Assembly: GCA_030626465.1 (NCBI GenBank)
Contig: DAOUOU010000001.1
Location: forward strand, 1-43,128
Source: Bacteroidales bacterium
GTDB taxonomy: Bacteria; Bacteroidota; Bacteroidia; Bacteroidales; UBA10428
DNA: 43,128 nucleotides
Direction: 5' to 3'
Shown in pieces: positions 1-10,005 of the stretch. The notes under the pieces are model-generated. The model was given only the letters and a program-made list of their open reading frames with translations. It searched no databases and was not told where the DNA came from. A program made the translations under genes and the position numbers. Within the stretch, counting starts at the first letter, position 1. Each line of letters starts with the position of its first letter.

Positions 1-1
1 C

Positions 2-1138
2 ATGAATTATTGCAATCTGGTCGTTCAGCACGTACATGAGTATACGGGCAAGCCACAGACTGCCTGGGAAAGTTTGCTCGATACTTCATTTTCCATGAAG
101 CCCCAGATGGTTGAGAATCATTATACAAAGCAAGGAGAAATTTTTTTACAGGATCACGATAACAACATTTATCTGATAAATAAAGCAGGCCGTGTATTAT
201 GGAAACAAAAAATTACTGAACCTCTAAATTCAGATGTATATCAGATTGATTATTACAGGAATGGAAAGCTTCAGCTATTATTCAGTACAGGAAACTATCT
301 GCATCTTATTGACAGGTTCGGGAATTATGTTGAAAGATACCCGGTAAGGTTGCGTGAAAAGGCTTCGGCCGGGATGTCTCTTTTTGACTACGAAGACAAT
401 GAAAACTACCGCATCTTTATCCCTTGTATCAATAACAAAGTATACGCTTATTCAAAGGAAGGAAATTTAATTGGCGGATGGCAATTTGAAGGGAGTGATT
501 ATCCTATAGAAAGCAAAGTGTGCCATTTTCGGGTAAACGAGAAAGATTTCATTATTATCGGTGATAAATATAGAATCTGGATTCTTGACAGACGTGGGAA
601 TATTCGGATTAAAGTAGAGGATATGGTGGCAAAATCAGGAAATAATAACTACCATCTTGAACGTTCAGATAATCTTGAAACTTCAAGAATTGTCACAACA
701 GATACCTTAGGAAATGTAATTTCAATATATTTTGACGGACACACGAAGGTTGAATCTTTTCAGACATTAAGTAGTCAGCATTATTTTGATTTTAAAGATG
801 TGGATGCAGACGGAAAGAAAGATTATATTTTCCTTGACGAGAATACTCTGTCTGTTTATACACAAAAAAAGAAAGAGATAATAAAATTTAATTTTCCTTC
901 GCCAATTAAGTATCGTCCAATATACTTTCGATTTTCATCAGGTGATAGAAAACTTGGTTTAGTTGATGTTGATGATAACAAAATATACCTGCTGAATAAT
1001 AATGGATCAATATATAAGGGATTCCCGCTTGAGGGTACAACTCTTTTCACAATAGGTAACCTGGATCGGACAAACAATAATTTTAATCTTATTGTCGGGG
1101 GCAGGAATAACTTTTTGTATAACTATTCCGTACAATAA
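2..1138 (+). CDS. C-terminal part of a repeat-rich (FG-GAP / beta-propeller-like) envelope protein; 5' end cut by the window edge
   Basis: The ORF is open from the window edge. It has recurring ~45-50 aa units with similar strand motifs (NNIYLINKAGRVLW, NKVYAYSKEGNLIGGW, YRIWILDRRGNI, NKIYLLNNNGSIYKGF) and a DxDxDG-type loop (FKDVDADGKKDYIF). The leading Met is probably internal. Confidence 0.5.
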   Translation: MNYCNLVVQHVHEYTGKPQTAWESLLDTSFSMKPQMVENHYTKQGEIFLQDHDNNIYLINKAGRVLWKQKITEPLNSDVYQIDYYRNGKLQLLFSTGNYLHLIDRFGNYVERYPVRLREKASAGMSLFDYEDNENYRIFIPCINNKVYAYSKEGNLIGGWQFEGSDYPIESKVCHFRVNEKDFIIIGDKYRIWILDRRGNIRIKVEDMVAKSGNNNYHLERSDNLETSRIVTTDTLGNVISIYFDGHTKVESFQTLSSQHYFDFKDVDADGKKDYIFLDENTLSVYTQKKKEIIKFNFPSPIKYRPIYFRFSSGDRKLGLVDVDDNKIYLLNNNGSIYKGFPLEGTTLFTIGNLDRTNNNFNLIVGGRNNFLYNYSVQ

Positions 1139-1160
1139 GAGGAATAAAAAACATAAGGTA

Positions 1161-1826
1161 ATGAAGATGAGCAAATTATTGCTTCTGGCATTGTTATTTT
1201 CAAGTCTTGTTGCATGTATAAAAGAGGAGATCGACTTTGACAATTTGTCTGGCGAAATTGAGCTTGAACGGGATATAGCAATGCCTCTGATGCATGGATC
1301 TTTGCAATTTGAGGATTTTAGTGATCGTGATTACGATTCTTTACTCATCATTGATAATGATACAATAAAACTTTATCTCGTTGAGAATATTGGTTTCACA
1401 GACACTCTGCCAATGACTGATCTGGGTACTGATATAGTATTTGAGTTTATGAATCTCCATTATGAATTTATTAATCAATTACCTGTTGGCCTTGATATAC
1501 AGTTCTATTTATTTGATTCTATTCAATCTCAGAATATCGACACTATTTTTCTAAGCGATATACCCGGGAAGTTATTCTTAGATCCGGCTCCTGTGGATAA
1601 TAATGGTATTGTCATTGATGATCAGGTGGTTACAACGACAGGCTTTGTCTCTTTTGACGAGGAAAAACTGGATAGATTCTTTAATGAAACAACACATCTG
1701 ATTTTTGATGCAATAGTACCTTCAACAGGGGGATATGTTAAAATTCTTGATTATTACTCCCTGGATTTCAGGCTCGGTATTGAAGCAAGGGGTACCTGGG
1801 TAACAGATCTCGATTCCATAAATTAA
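1161..1826 (+). CDS. Hypothetical lipoprotein
   Basis: The ORF track starts at 1092, but the ATG at 1161 gives MKMSKLLLLALLFSSLVAC, a signal peptide plus lipobox Cys, and removes most of the overlap with the upstream gene. I recognise no family. Confidence 0.6.
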   Translation: MKMSKLLLLALLFSSLVACIKEEIDFDNLSGEIELERDIAMPLMHGSLQFEDFSDRDYDSLLIIDNDTIKLYLVENIGFTDTLPMTDLGTDIVFEFMNLHYEFINQLPVGLDIQFYLFDSIQSQNIDTIFLSDIPGKLFLDPAPVDNNGIVIDDQVVTTTGFVSFDEEKLDRFFNETTHLIFDAIVPSTGGYVKILDYYSLDFRLGIEARGTWVTDLDSIN

Positions 1827-1833
1827 TTTTTGT

Positions 1834-3279
1834 ATGATATTCTCCAGAATTAATATATTAGTTATACTTTTTTTGACTTTGTGCATGAACCTTTCGGCAC
1901 AGGTGAATACCCTGTATTATATGACGGGAGTCCCTCAATCGTATTATCTGAATCCCGCAACTCAACCAGGATGTAATTTCTTCCTGGGTGTACCTGTTGC
2001 TTCATCTGTGTATTTTAGCGGTTACAACAGCTCACTGAGTCTTGACGATCTTTTCTGGACTGATGCTGAAACAGGTCAATTGATTCATCCTTTTCATCCG
2101 AGTGCAGATATAGATAAATTCCTTGAGAATTTTGAGAATGAAAATTATGTGAGTGGAAATTTTGCTTTTAATTTAATTTCTTTTGGTTTTCGCGTTAAGG
2201 AAATGTATTTTACTTTAGATGTTACTTCCCGTGCAAAAGAACGCTTTTCATATCCGGGCGATTTGGTTAGTTTGATAGTAAGGGGCAATACCAATGGAGA
2301 AACTTTTGATTTTAGTGCAATCGGATTTGAATTGATAGAACATGTTGAATACGGACTGGGAATATCCAGAAAGTTCAGTGATCAGTTATCCGTAGGAATA
2401 AGGCCAAAAATATTAACTGGTATTGCAGCAATAACGTGGCCCGAATCAGATATCTCGCTTTATACTTCAGTCAGGGAATGGACGATCAATTCAAACCTGA
2501 ACATGAATGTATCACTACCCGGGTATACTATTCTTACTGACGAAGATGGCGTAATTGATCTTGAAAGTGGATTGGTGTTTGACTCAACATTGAATTCTGT
2601 AAATGATTATAAAAAAATAGCAACAGGTAATCCGGGGTTGGGAATAGATTGTGGGGTACATTACAGACCGATCGATCAACTGGAAATATCTGCCAGCGTA
2701 GTGGATCTGGGGTACATCAAATGGAAGAATTATGCACATAGGGTATCACTTAATGATTCATATTCTTTTGAAGGAGTTGAGTTTAGTGTGAGAGATACAA
2801 GCTTTTTAGATAATATGATTGATACAATTTTGTCAAATCTTGAGCTTACAGGTACAAATGAAAGTTTCAGAACAACACTCGAACCAAAAATATTTGTTGC
2901 CGGAAGGTATTTTATTGTTCCCGGTTTTGATGTGGGACAGGTATCCCGGTTCAATTTTTCAAAAGAAGGATTTCAATACAACCTGACGCTTCTTGCAAAC
3001 TGGCGCCCTTCTCCTTTAGTTTCATTATCAGGAAGTTATAGTCCCATCGGAGGTTCGGCAAAAAGTTTTGGACTGGGGTTATCCGTCCGGTTGGGACCAT
3101 TTCATATGTATTTTGTGTCAGATTATTTAACTACAACGTATAATCTGGTTGAGGCAGTACCTCTTCCCAATGATATCAGGAGGTATACCTTCCGTTATGG
3201 GCTTAATCTTGTATTTGGCTGCAATGAGAATAAAAAACTCAGACGTGATAAACCTATGTATTATTCTGATGAATATTAA
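1834..3279 (+). CDS. Putative outer-membrane beta-barrel protein, PorP/SprF-like in its N- and C-terminal signatures
   Basis: It has a signal peptide (MIFSRINILVILFLTLCMNLSAQ). The mature N-terminus NTLYYMTGVPQSYYLNPA resembles the PorP/SprF start, seen as QIPQVSHFMYDNLRTNPG in the porP gene of this window. Amphipathic strands alternate throughout. A terminal beta-signal-like YGLNLVF is followed by a short basic tail, as in the porP product (ILLSYCF plus tail). The gene starts 7 nt after the lipoprotein gene. Confidence 0.55.
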   Translation: MIFSRINILVILFLTLCMNLSAQVNTLYYMTGVPQSYYLNPATQPGCNFFLGVPVASSVYFSGYNSSLSLDDLFWTDAETGQLIHPFHPSADIDKFLENFENENYVSGNFAFNLISFGFRVKEMYFTLDVTSRAKERFSYPGDLVSLIVRGNTNGETFDFSAIGFELIEHVEYGLGISRKFSDQLSVGIRPKILTGIAAITWPESDISLYTSVREWTINSNLNMNVSLPGYTILTDEDGVIDLESGLVFDSTLNSVNDYKKIATGNPGLGIDCGVHYRPIDQLEISASVVDLGYIKWKNYAHRVSLNDSYSFEGVEFSVRDTSFLDNMIDTILSNLELTGTNESFRTTLEPKIFVAGRYFIVPGFDVGQVSRFNFSKEGFQYNLTLLANWRPSPLVSLSGSYSPIGGSAKSFGLGLSVRLGPFHMYFVSDYLTTTYNLVEAVPLPNDIRRYTFRYGLNLVFGCNENKKLRRDKPMYYSDEY

Positions 3280-3287
3280 TACTTTTG
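3280..3287 (+). promoter_or_regulatory. Bacteroidota sigma-A -7 motif (TACTTTTG, consensus TAnnTTTG)
   Basis: Exact match to TAnnTTTG, 26 nt upstream of the ATG at 3313. Confidence 0.45.
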
Positions 3288-3312
3288 TAGCGTATTACTA
3301 ATTTATTTATTT

Positions 3313-3552
3313 ATGTTTCTTGTCAGGTTTATCCTCCTGGTTATATTTCTTTATTTAATATTCCGGATTATTATTCTTATTGTCATTGGCCTGAACAGAA
3401 AGAAGAATATGCGTTCTGATTCTGGAAATCAATATTCTCATAGCAGGAAGGACGGACACGTGACTGTAAATTTTAAATCATCCGATAAAAGTAAGAAGAT
3501 ATCCAAAGATGAAGGAGAGTATGTAAATTTCGAAGAGATCAAAGATGAATGA
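3313..3552 (+). CDS. Small membrane protein, DUF4834-like
   Basis: 79 aa with an N-terminal hydrophobic helix (FLVRFILLVIFLYLIFRIIILIVIGL), a basic/Ser-rich linker and a C-terminal GEYVNFEEIKDE motif, as I recall for DUF4834 proteins. Confidence 0.55.
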   Translation: MFLVRFILLVIFLYLIFRIIILIVIGLNRKKNMRSDSGNQYSHSRKDGHVTVNFKSSDKSKKISKDEGEYVNFEEIKDE

Positions 3553-3668
3553 GAGTAAATAAATTAATCTGTTCCCGGTAATTTATATAGTATTCAGTTG
3601 TACAAAGAAAAGAATGTAAAGTTTACTATCGTATTCACATGCATTAAAAGTATTTTCAGAAAGAAACA

Positions 3669-4421
3669 TTATAGAGTTTCTTTTATTTTTTTTGCAAGAT
3701 TGGAAGCAAAAACAAAATCGTTCAGATATTTATCATTCGAAGTAAGAATATCATCTTTTGTACCTTCCCAGCATTTTATGCCCTGATGAATAAACATAAT
3801 TTTCTCACCAATTTCCATAACAGAATTCATATCGTGAGTGTTAACAATGGTTGTAATATTAAATTCATGCGTAATATCACTGATAAGATTGTCTATAACA
3901 ATTGCAGTTTTTGGGTCCAGGCCGGAATTAGGTTCGTCGCAAAAGAGGTATTTCGGATTTTGAACAATAGCCCTTGCAATGGCAACCCTCTTTTTCATTC
4001 CACCACTAAGTTCGGCAGGATATAGACTTTTTACATTATGAAGGTTCACTCTGTCAAGACAAAAATTAACTCTCTTGCTTTTTTCTTTTGTGGTCATTTT
4101 AGAAAACATATCAAGAGGGAACCTGACATTATCATCGACAGTCAGCGAATCAAATAAAGCACTTCCCTGGAAGAGTTTCCCCATCTCACGCCTAAGCTCC
4201 TGCTTTTGTTTTATAGTCATTGATACAAAATCGCGATCGTGATAGAAAATACTGCCAGAATCAATAGGATGGAGCCCTATAATAGATTTGATCAAAACAG
4301 TTTTACCCGAACCACTTTTCCCGATTATCAGATTCGTTTTACCTTCCTCGAAGGTAACAGATACATCGTTAAGAACAGTTTCAGTGTTAAATTTCTTATA
4401 AATATGTTCTACTCTAATCAT
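3669..4421 (-). CDS. mlaF: ABC transporter ATP-binding protein, MlaF-like
   Basis: Walker A GKSGSGKT, ABC signature LSGGMKKR, Walker B LFCDEPNSGLD and H-loop NTHD. It overlaps mlaE by 1 nt (TAATG). Confidence 0.9.
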   Translation of the reverse strand: MIRVEHIYKKFNTETVLNDVSVTFEEGKTNLIIGKSGSGKTVLIKSIIGLHPIDSGSIFYHDRDFVSMTIKQKQELRREMGKLFQGSALFDSLTVDDNVRFPLDMFSKMTTKEKSKRVNFCLDRVNLHNVKSLYPAELSGGMKKRVAIARAIVQNPKYLFCDEPNSGLDPKTAIVIDNLISDITHEFNITTIVNTHDMNSVMEIGEKIMFIHQGIKCWEGTKDDILTSNDKYLNDFVFASNLAKKIKETL

Positions 4422-5161
4422 TAAGCCAGTAAAAGTTGTGTAAGTATAACATTGAAAAGAAGAATTAATACGCTACTGGTAACAACTCCTTTTGTGCTTG
4501 AACGCCCAACCTCCAGTGCGCCCCCTTTAACATAATAACCAAAAAAAGCCGGGACGGATGTAATTATGATAGCAAAAACTACAGTTTTTACCAAAGAATA
4601 GGTTATGTAAAAAGGAATGAACCAGTATTGTATTCCATAAATATAATCTGTAGATGTAAGTGCACCGGTAACAACAGCTGCTGCCCATCCTCCAAATACT
4701 CCAACGAACATGCTTATTAAAGTAAGTATGGGATTAAAGAGAACAGCGGCAATTATTTTTGGCAGGATTAAAAAGCTCGCTGAGTTTACACCCATTATCT
4801 CCAGCGCATCAATTTGTTCGGTTATTCTCATATGACCGATTTCTGAAGCTATGCTTGAACCCACTTTTCCGGCAAGTATCAATCCCACAATTGTTGAAGA
4901 GAATTCAAGTAGCATGCTGTCACGTGCTGTCAATCCAATCAGGTAAAGAGGGATAAGCGGATTTTCAAGATTATACCTTGTTTGCAGGGTAATAACTGCA
5001 CCCATGAAGATAGAAATAATAATGACAATTCCTATAGAGTTAATACCAAGGCTTTCAATTTCTTTCAGTACCTGCCTGTAGTAAATTTTATTTTTTTCAG
5101 GCTTTGAAAAAACACGATTCATTAAAATAAAATATTTTCCGATTTGTTCGAGTATCTTCAT
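4421..5161 (-). CDS. mlaE: MlaE-family ABC transporter permease
   Basis: 246 aa polytopic membrane protein with a typical MlaE/YrbE layout (EIGHMRITEQIDALEIMGVN motif), translationally coupled to the ATPase. Confidence 0.85.
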   Translation of the reverse strand: MKILEQIGKYFILMNRVFSKPEKNKIYYRQVLKEIESLGINSIGIVIIISIFMGAVITLQTRYNLENPLIPLYLIGLTARDSMLLEFSSTIVGLILAGKVGSSIASEIGHMRITEQIDALEIMGVNSASFLILPKIIAAVLFNPILTLISMFVGVFGGWAAAVVTGALTSTDYIYGIQYWFIPFYITYSLVKTVVFAIIITSVPAFFGYYVKGGALEVGRSSTKGVVTSSVLILLFNVILTQLLLA

Positions 5162-5211
5162 GAATTCGGTGTTTTAACGAAAATACAAATAAATAGCAAA
5201 ATTGATTGATT

Positions 5212-5219
5212 TAAATTTG
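5212..5219 (+). promoter_or_regulatory. Candidate -7 promoter motif TAAATTTG
   Basis: Exact TAnnTTTG match, but 95 nt upstream of the ATG at 5314, which implies a long 5' UTR. Confidence 0.3.
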
Positions 5220-5313
5220 GCTTGTTAATAGCAACATCTATCAAAATAGTTGATCAATATACTTTCAATTTCTTATATTAGACAATAGTAAACAAACAAG
5301 TGAGCATAAAATT

Positions 5314-6408
5314 ATGGATAAAAATAATTTTTGCGTTATTATGGCAGGTGGTATAGGAAGTAGATTCTGGCCACTAAGCCGAACAAAAAAGCCTAAACAG
5401 TTTTTGGATATTCTTGGTACGGGAAGTACACTCCTTCAGCAAACCCATAATAGATTTACCAGGATTATGCCGAAGGAAAACATTTTTATAGTATCAAACG
5501 AGGAGTATTGTGATATTATTATGAATCAACTTCCGGGTATTAGCAAAGAACAGATTCTTCTGGAACCCCTGCGCAGAAATACAGCTCCTTGTATTGCCTA
5601 TGCAAATTACAAGATCAGGGAAACGGCGCCTGAAGCAAATATTGTTGTTGCTCCTTCAGATCATCTGATAATGAAAGAAGATGAATTTCTTAAAGTGATA
5701 GAGAAAGGGCTTGAATTTGTTACTGAAAATGATTCCTTATTGACTTTGGGAATTCGACCCAGCCGGCCCGAAACAGGGTATGGATATATTCAAATCACGG
5801 GTGATAAAGATTCAATTGTTGTTAATAAAAGTCTGAGAAAAGTGAAAACTTTCACAGAAAAGCCAGATATGAAAATGGCAAACATTTTTCTCGAAAGTGG
5901 TGACTTTTTTTGGAATTCAGGAATTTTTTTCTGGTCACTTAAATCAATTACCAAAGCATTTGAAACACATCTGAGTGAAGTGGACAGCTTGTTTAAAGAG
6001 GGCATTGGAATTTATAATTCCAAAAAGGAACAGGATTTTATTACTAAAACCTATGCGAAGTGCAAGAACATTTCTATTGATTACGGAATCATGGAAAAAG
6101 CTAATAACGTACACGTTCTTTGTGCTGATTTTGGCTGGTCTGATTTAGGTACCTGGGGATCCTTGTATGATATGTCATCAAAAGACGACAAAGGAAATTC
6201 GGTTCAGGGGAAGAGTGTCTTTCTATATGATTCAGACAATTGTCTGATTAACCTTCCGGATAATAAGCTGGCCGTAATTCAGGGATTGGAAGATTATATT
6301 GTTGTTGATGCAGATAATATCCTGTTGATATGTAAGAAGAAAGATGAACAGAAGATCAAACAATATGTGAATAATGTAAAACTTGAAAAAGGAGAGAATT
6401 TTATTTAA
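5314..6408 (+). CDS. Mannose-1-phosphate guanylyltransferase (nucleotidyltransferase domain only)
   Basis: N-terminal MAGGIGSRFWPLSR (GxGxRxxPLS nucleotidyl-transferase loop); GYGYI and FTEKP motifs; ~360 aa form without the PMI domain. Confidence 0.85.
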   Translation: MDKNNFCVIMAGGIGSRFWPLSRTKKPKQFLDILGTGSTLLQQTHNRFTRIMPKENIFIVSNEEYCDIIMNQLPGISKEQILLEPLRRNTAPCIAYANYKIRETAPEANIVVAPSDHLIMKEDEFLKVIEKGLEFVTENDSLLTLGIRPSRPETGYGYIQITGDKDSIVVNKSLRKVKTFTEKPDMKMANIFLESGDFFWNSGIFFWSLKSITKAFETHLSEVDSLFKEGIGIYNSKKEQDFITKTYAKCKNISIDYGIMEKANNVHVLCADFGWSDLGTWGSLYDMSSKDDKGNSVQGKSVFLYDSDNCLINLPDNKLAVIQGLEDYIVVDADNILLICKKKDEQKIKQYVNNVKLEKGENFI

Positions 6409-6418
6409 AGTGGTGAGT

Positions 6419-6448
6419 AAAAAAAAAGGCTACCCTTTGGGCAGCCTT
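6419..6448 (-). terminator. Intrinsic terminator after gldN (read on the minus strand)
   Basis: Stem aaggctaccc/gggcagcctt (6426-6435 / 6439-6448, one mismatch) is followed on the minus strand by a T9 run (A9 at 6419-6427 on plus). It lies 22 nt past the gldN stop. Confidence 0.6.
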
Positions 6449-6469
6449 GTAAATCTAACTTCTAAACTT

Positions 6470-7333
6470 TTAGAATTCCCACAGATCATGTTCGATATTG
6501 AATAACCATTCTTTTTGCTTTTCGGCTTCAAGCAAAGCATCTACTCCCATGGTATAAGAATTTATCCATCTGTTGTCGTAAACATTCGATACGGCAAAAA
6601 TATGACTTCCGAATCGTCGTTGCATAAAGTAATCATCAAATGATATTCTCTGGGAATCGTTATTCCTGTTAAAGACTTCATGATTTGCCAGAATCGGTCG
6701 TACTTCCGGAAAATACACCCAGAAGGTAGGTGTTTGTAATATTTCATCCGTAGGCATACCCTGATCGTCTTCTCGATTATAAACTCTGATCGGACTAATA
6801 CCTACAATTCTGACTTTCATAACAGAGTGGTTCTTATCGAAAAACCATTTCTCTTTGATCAATAATTTTTTTACCTCGTAGGTTTTTCTGGGATTTTCTA
6901 CTACTATATCTATAAGCTGACCTGTCATGGGGTCTGCTGTTCTTGTAGTATCTGTTCCTGCATCAAATGCTTCATCGACCTGATCTATAGTCATTTGTGC
7001 TGTAAATTCATTAAGCGGATCATTGGTAGAAAATGCTCTTACGCCTTCGTTGTCAATACCCCAGAGTAATAAATCAACCAGATTCATTCTTCCACCGATG
7101 GGTTTTGTAGGATAATAAAGGGGGAGGTTCTGCTTCTGACGCATGTCAATCATCCTGTATACTATCTTTGACCACATGACATCGGCCTCACGTATGTATT
7201 CATACGGAACAGGCTTTTTGAGAGGCACATGTTCTCTTACATAAACTTCCTGTAAATTGTCTTGACCAGATACTTTAAAAGTTACTGTCAAAAACGATAA
7301 TCCGATAAGCAAAAACACAATCTTTTTCATCAT
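6470..7333 (-). CDS. gldN: Gliding motility / T9SS protein GldN (PorN)
   Basis: Signal peptide MMKKIVFLLIGLSFLTVTF; last gene of the K-L-M-N operon, 15 nt after gldM; size and position fit GldN/PorN. Confidence 0.8.
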   Translation of the reverse strand: MMKKIVFLLIGLSFLTVTFKVSGQDNLQEVYVREHVPLKKPVPYEYIREADVMWSKIVYRMIDMRQKQNLPLYYPTKPIGGRMNLVDLLLWGIDNEGVRAFSTNDPLNEFTAQMTIDQVDEAFDAGTDTTRTADPMTGQLIDIVVENPRKTYEVKKLLIKEKWFFDKNHSVMKVRIVGISPIRVYNREDDQGMPTDEILQTPTFWVYFPEVRPILANHEVFNRNNDSQRISFDDYFMQRRFGSHIFAVSNVYDNRWINSYTMGVDALLEAEKQKEWLFNIEHDLWEF

Positions 7334-7348
7334 ATCTTGTATTAAAAG

Positions 7349-9004
7349 TTAATTCAATTTAAAATTAATAGTAGAGAGGCGTCTTGTAGAACCATCGGGA
7401 CCAACTGCTTTGATATCTTGTATATACACATTCTGCCCTCTGCTAAGGCCTCTGATAAGATTCATTTGTTCCTGGATGAATCTGTTCGATTTTGATGTAA
7501 ATTCTCTGGTAAAACCCTGCACGGTTGCTGATACGGTAAATTCAGTAACTGTAAACTTCAAGTCAAAATCAAAATTTTCCATAGTTGCAAAAACACCCAG
7601 CTGGGCAAGTAACACACTTTTATTAATTCTTCCGCCTTTCTGATTGTTTACCATGGCAACAGGATTAGGGACAGTTTTAACTCTGAATTCACGTCGTCCC
7701 ATTTCTCTTCTCCTGCCTTCAATATTTGCGTATACGACAACATATGCATTGCCTGGTCTGATAGGTCTGATAATGTATGAACCTTTTTTCTTGATGTGCC
7801 GGGCATTCGTAACGCTTATATCAACTTTATCTGGCTGTACACCGGCAACAGAGACATCAACCGGGTTGTCAACTCCCAGATAAAAAACATTCATTTTTAT
7901 TGGAGCAACAGTTACAGAGCCTTCTGCAACAAGATAACTTCTCTTAAACGGTTTAATGATCTTTGTTCCATCTGGTCCTGTCATTTCAATAATACCACCC
8001 CAGTATTTGGATCCAAGTCCTGAACCTGGCATTGAATATATTCCTTTTCCTGATCCTTTTTCAACGACCAGAGTATCATATTTCAGATTGTCTTTCTTCT
8101 TGTAAACCCAGGAATCGGCACCTTCAGACTTAACCGAATCATATGGATTCGGATTCTGTGTTACAAATATAGTAGGCAATGCTGTTGTATCACTTGCTGC
8201 CAGGAATACTTCAGCCCGATAATCATTTCCTTTAATAACATAATTAGAATTTGGTATCACTGTTGCAACAAGCTGGTTGAACTTAAATGAGCCTGCATCA
8301 ATCTGTCGGTACAAATACCTTAAAGCTTCTGATTCAGCATTTTTTACATTAATCTGCATACCAGACATAATGGTGAGGACACCGGCTAATGGTGAATCTA
8401 AAAAATGTTCTGTTTCCCAGGTGTAACCTTCCATACCGGTGATTTCATCGGTTTCCTTGACCTCGGTATTAAGGCTTGATTCAATTGAGTTTCTGATTGC
8501 GTCAGCATCTTCGGTTATAACTATTTCCTTTATCAGAAAGTTTCTAAAATTTTCAACCATCTCACGAAGTTTTCTGCCTGCTCTATCGTTATTATCTCCA
8601 ATCATGATACGTGCCGGTACTTGGGTATTATCCTTTGCATCAATCAATTCAACATTAATTTCTTTGCCTTCAATAGCTTTGGTATTGTCTCCTTCTGCTT
8701 CAATTACCATTTCAAGTTTTTTATCTTGTATAAAATCCACGATTTTTTCTGCCTGCTCCTGTACTTTTAAAGCTTTATCCTGCCAGGGTCCGACTTTTGT
8801 TGGATTTATTTGATTTTGTGCCGCAAAATCAGCAATAAATTTTTCGTTTGTTGCACTCAATGTTTCACGCGTACTAACCAAACCAGTATCTAAAATTGCA
8901 AATGCATCAAGAACTTCTTTTGATACATTTAGTGCCAATAATGCCAAGAGCACTAAATACATCATACCAATCATTTTTTGTCTCGGAGTTTCTTTGTGGC
9001 CCAT
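7349..9004 (-). CDS. gldM: Gliding motility / T9SS protein GldM (PorM)
   Basis: N-terminus TPRQKMIGMMYLVLLALLALNVSKEVLDAF is the characteristic GldM/PorM start with a single TM helix; 551 aa periplasmic body. Confidence 0.9.
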   Translation of the reverse strand: MGHKETPRQKMIGMMYLVLLALLALNVSKEVLDAFAILDTGLVSTRETLSATNEKFIADFAAQNQINPTKVGPWQDKALKVQEQAEKIVDFIQDKKLEMVIEAEGDNTKAIEGKEINVELIDAKDNTQVPARIMIGDNNDRAGRKLREMVENFRNFLIKEIVITEDADAIRNSIESSLNTEVKETDEITGMEGYTWETEHFLDSPLAGVLTIMSGMQINVKNAESEALRYLYRQIDAGSFKFNQLVATVIPNSNYVIKGNDYRAEVFLAASDTTALPTIFVTQNPNPYDSVKSEGADSWVYKKKDNLKYDTLVVEKGSGKGIYSMPGSGLGSKYWGGIIEMTGPDGTKIIKPFKRSYLVAEGSVTVAPIKMNVFYLGVDNPVDVSVAGVQPDKVDISVTNARHIKKKGSYIIRPIRPGNAYVVVYANIEGRRREMGRREFRVKTVPNPVAMVNNQKGGRINKSVLLAQLGVFATMENFDFDLKFTVTEFTVSATVQGFTREFTSKSNRFIQEQMNLIRGLSRGQNVYIQDIKAVGPDGSTRRLSTINFKLN

Positions 9005-9030
9005 AGTGAGATGTAGTTACTATGAATGGT

Positions 9031-9969
9031 TTATTGCTTTGTCAAGACATCCATTGTTGAGAGCATGTTCCCATAAATTGAATTTAAAGAAGAAATATTC
9101 TCTTTCAATTTAGACATCTCCTGTTTGTACTTACTTGTCTCTGCAACAGAATCATTAAGATTCTTTATCATAGATTGCAGTCCGGTATAGAGTTCTAAAG
9201 ATCCTTTCATACGATCTTGACTCTCACGAATTTGAGCTTCGTACACAGAATTCAGTTCTGATATACTCTTATTCAGTTTTTCAATCTGGTCTTCGTGTTC
9301 TTTACTTCCCAGAGAAATATTTTTCTGTTCATCCTGGATTGTTGAGGCGATCCCCTGATATGATTCAGCGATATCATCTCCGGATTTCACAATCTTGTTA
9401 GCTGCTTCAAAGTATGCACTGGTAAGATTGGTTGTTGATTTTTTGATCGATTCACTGGTTGATGTATAAGTGTCAGTGAGACCTCCAACCGTAGAAGCAG
9501 CTCCTTCCAGATTATTAACAAATTCCTGTGTTGCTACAGTAGCTTTCGAGAGATCTGAAAGACTGTGAGCGGTTTGATTGAGCTTATTGAATCCCTCTCC
9601 AAGCTTGGCAAGAGCATCGGTATCAACTCCTGACTGATCTAAAATATCTTCAATTCGGTCAACAGGGCGAGATCCTCCCTCGATAAATTTACTTTCCTTA
9701 AAATTTTCAATCTCATCAGGGTCAGATAGTCCCGCAAGTTCCGGATAAACAAGTGTCCAGTCAAGTTCTTCATGCAAAGGTTCAAATGCTGAGAAGAAGA
9801 AGATTATAGCTTCGGTAATCAGACCCAGGGTAATAACGAAAGTACCTCCTTTCCAGTGATTAATTTTGAACATTGCACCAATAATCACAACAGAAGCACC
9901 CCAACCATAGAGCTTGGCCATAAAATTTCTCCAGCCTGAACTCTGAACGACATCGGTTAAATTGATCAT
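9031..9969 (-). CDS. gldL: Gliding motility / T9SS protein GldL (PorL)
   Basis: Two N-terminal TM helices with the conserved WGASVVIIGAMFKINHW ... GLITEAIIFFFSAFEP pattern, followed by a long polar cytoplasmic domain. Confidence 0.9.
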   Translation of the reverse strand: MINLTDVVQSSGWRNFMAKLYGWGASVVIIGAMFKINHWKGGTFVITLGLITEAIIFFFSAFEPLHEELDWTLVYPELAGLSDPDEIENFKESKFIEGGSRPVDRIEDILDQSGVDTDALAKLGEGFNKLNQTAHSLSDLSKATVATQEFVNNLEGAASTVGGLTDTYTSTSESIKKSTTNLTSAYFEAANKIVKSGDDIAESYQGIASTIQDEQKNISLGSKEHEDQIEKLNKSISELNSVYEAQIRESQDRMKGSLELYTGLQSMIKNLNDSVAETSKYKQEMSKLKENISSLNSIYGNMLSTMDVLTKQ

Positions 9970-10005
9970 ACTTTGAAACGTTTTAAGTGATGCGAAAGAA
10001 TTTAT

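Noticed and set aside
1092-1160. N-terminal extensions offered by the ORF track for three genes: 1092 for the lipoprotein, 34576 for the YjbR-like gene and 41636 for gldH
   Set aside because: In each case an internal ATG gives a proper signal peptide or family N-terminus. It also removes most or all of the overlap with the upstream gene, so the shorter starts (1161, 34621, 41711) were used.
8439-8813. 124-aa antisense ORF inside gldM, along with smaller ones at 7410-8023
   Set aside because: These are Ser/Ile/Leu-rich shadow ORFs with no independent signals. The gldM reading frame is strongly supported.
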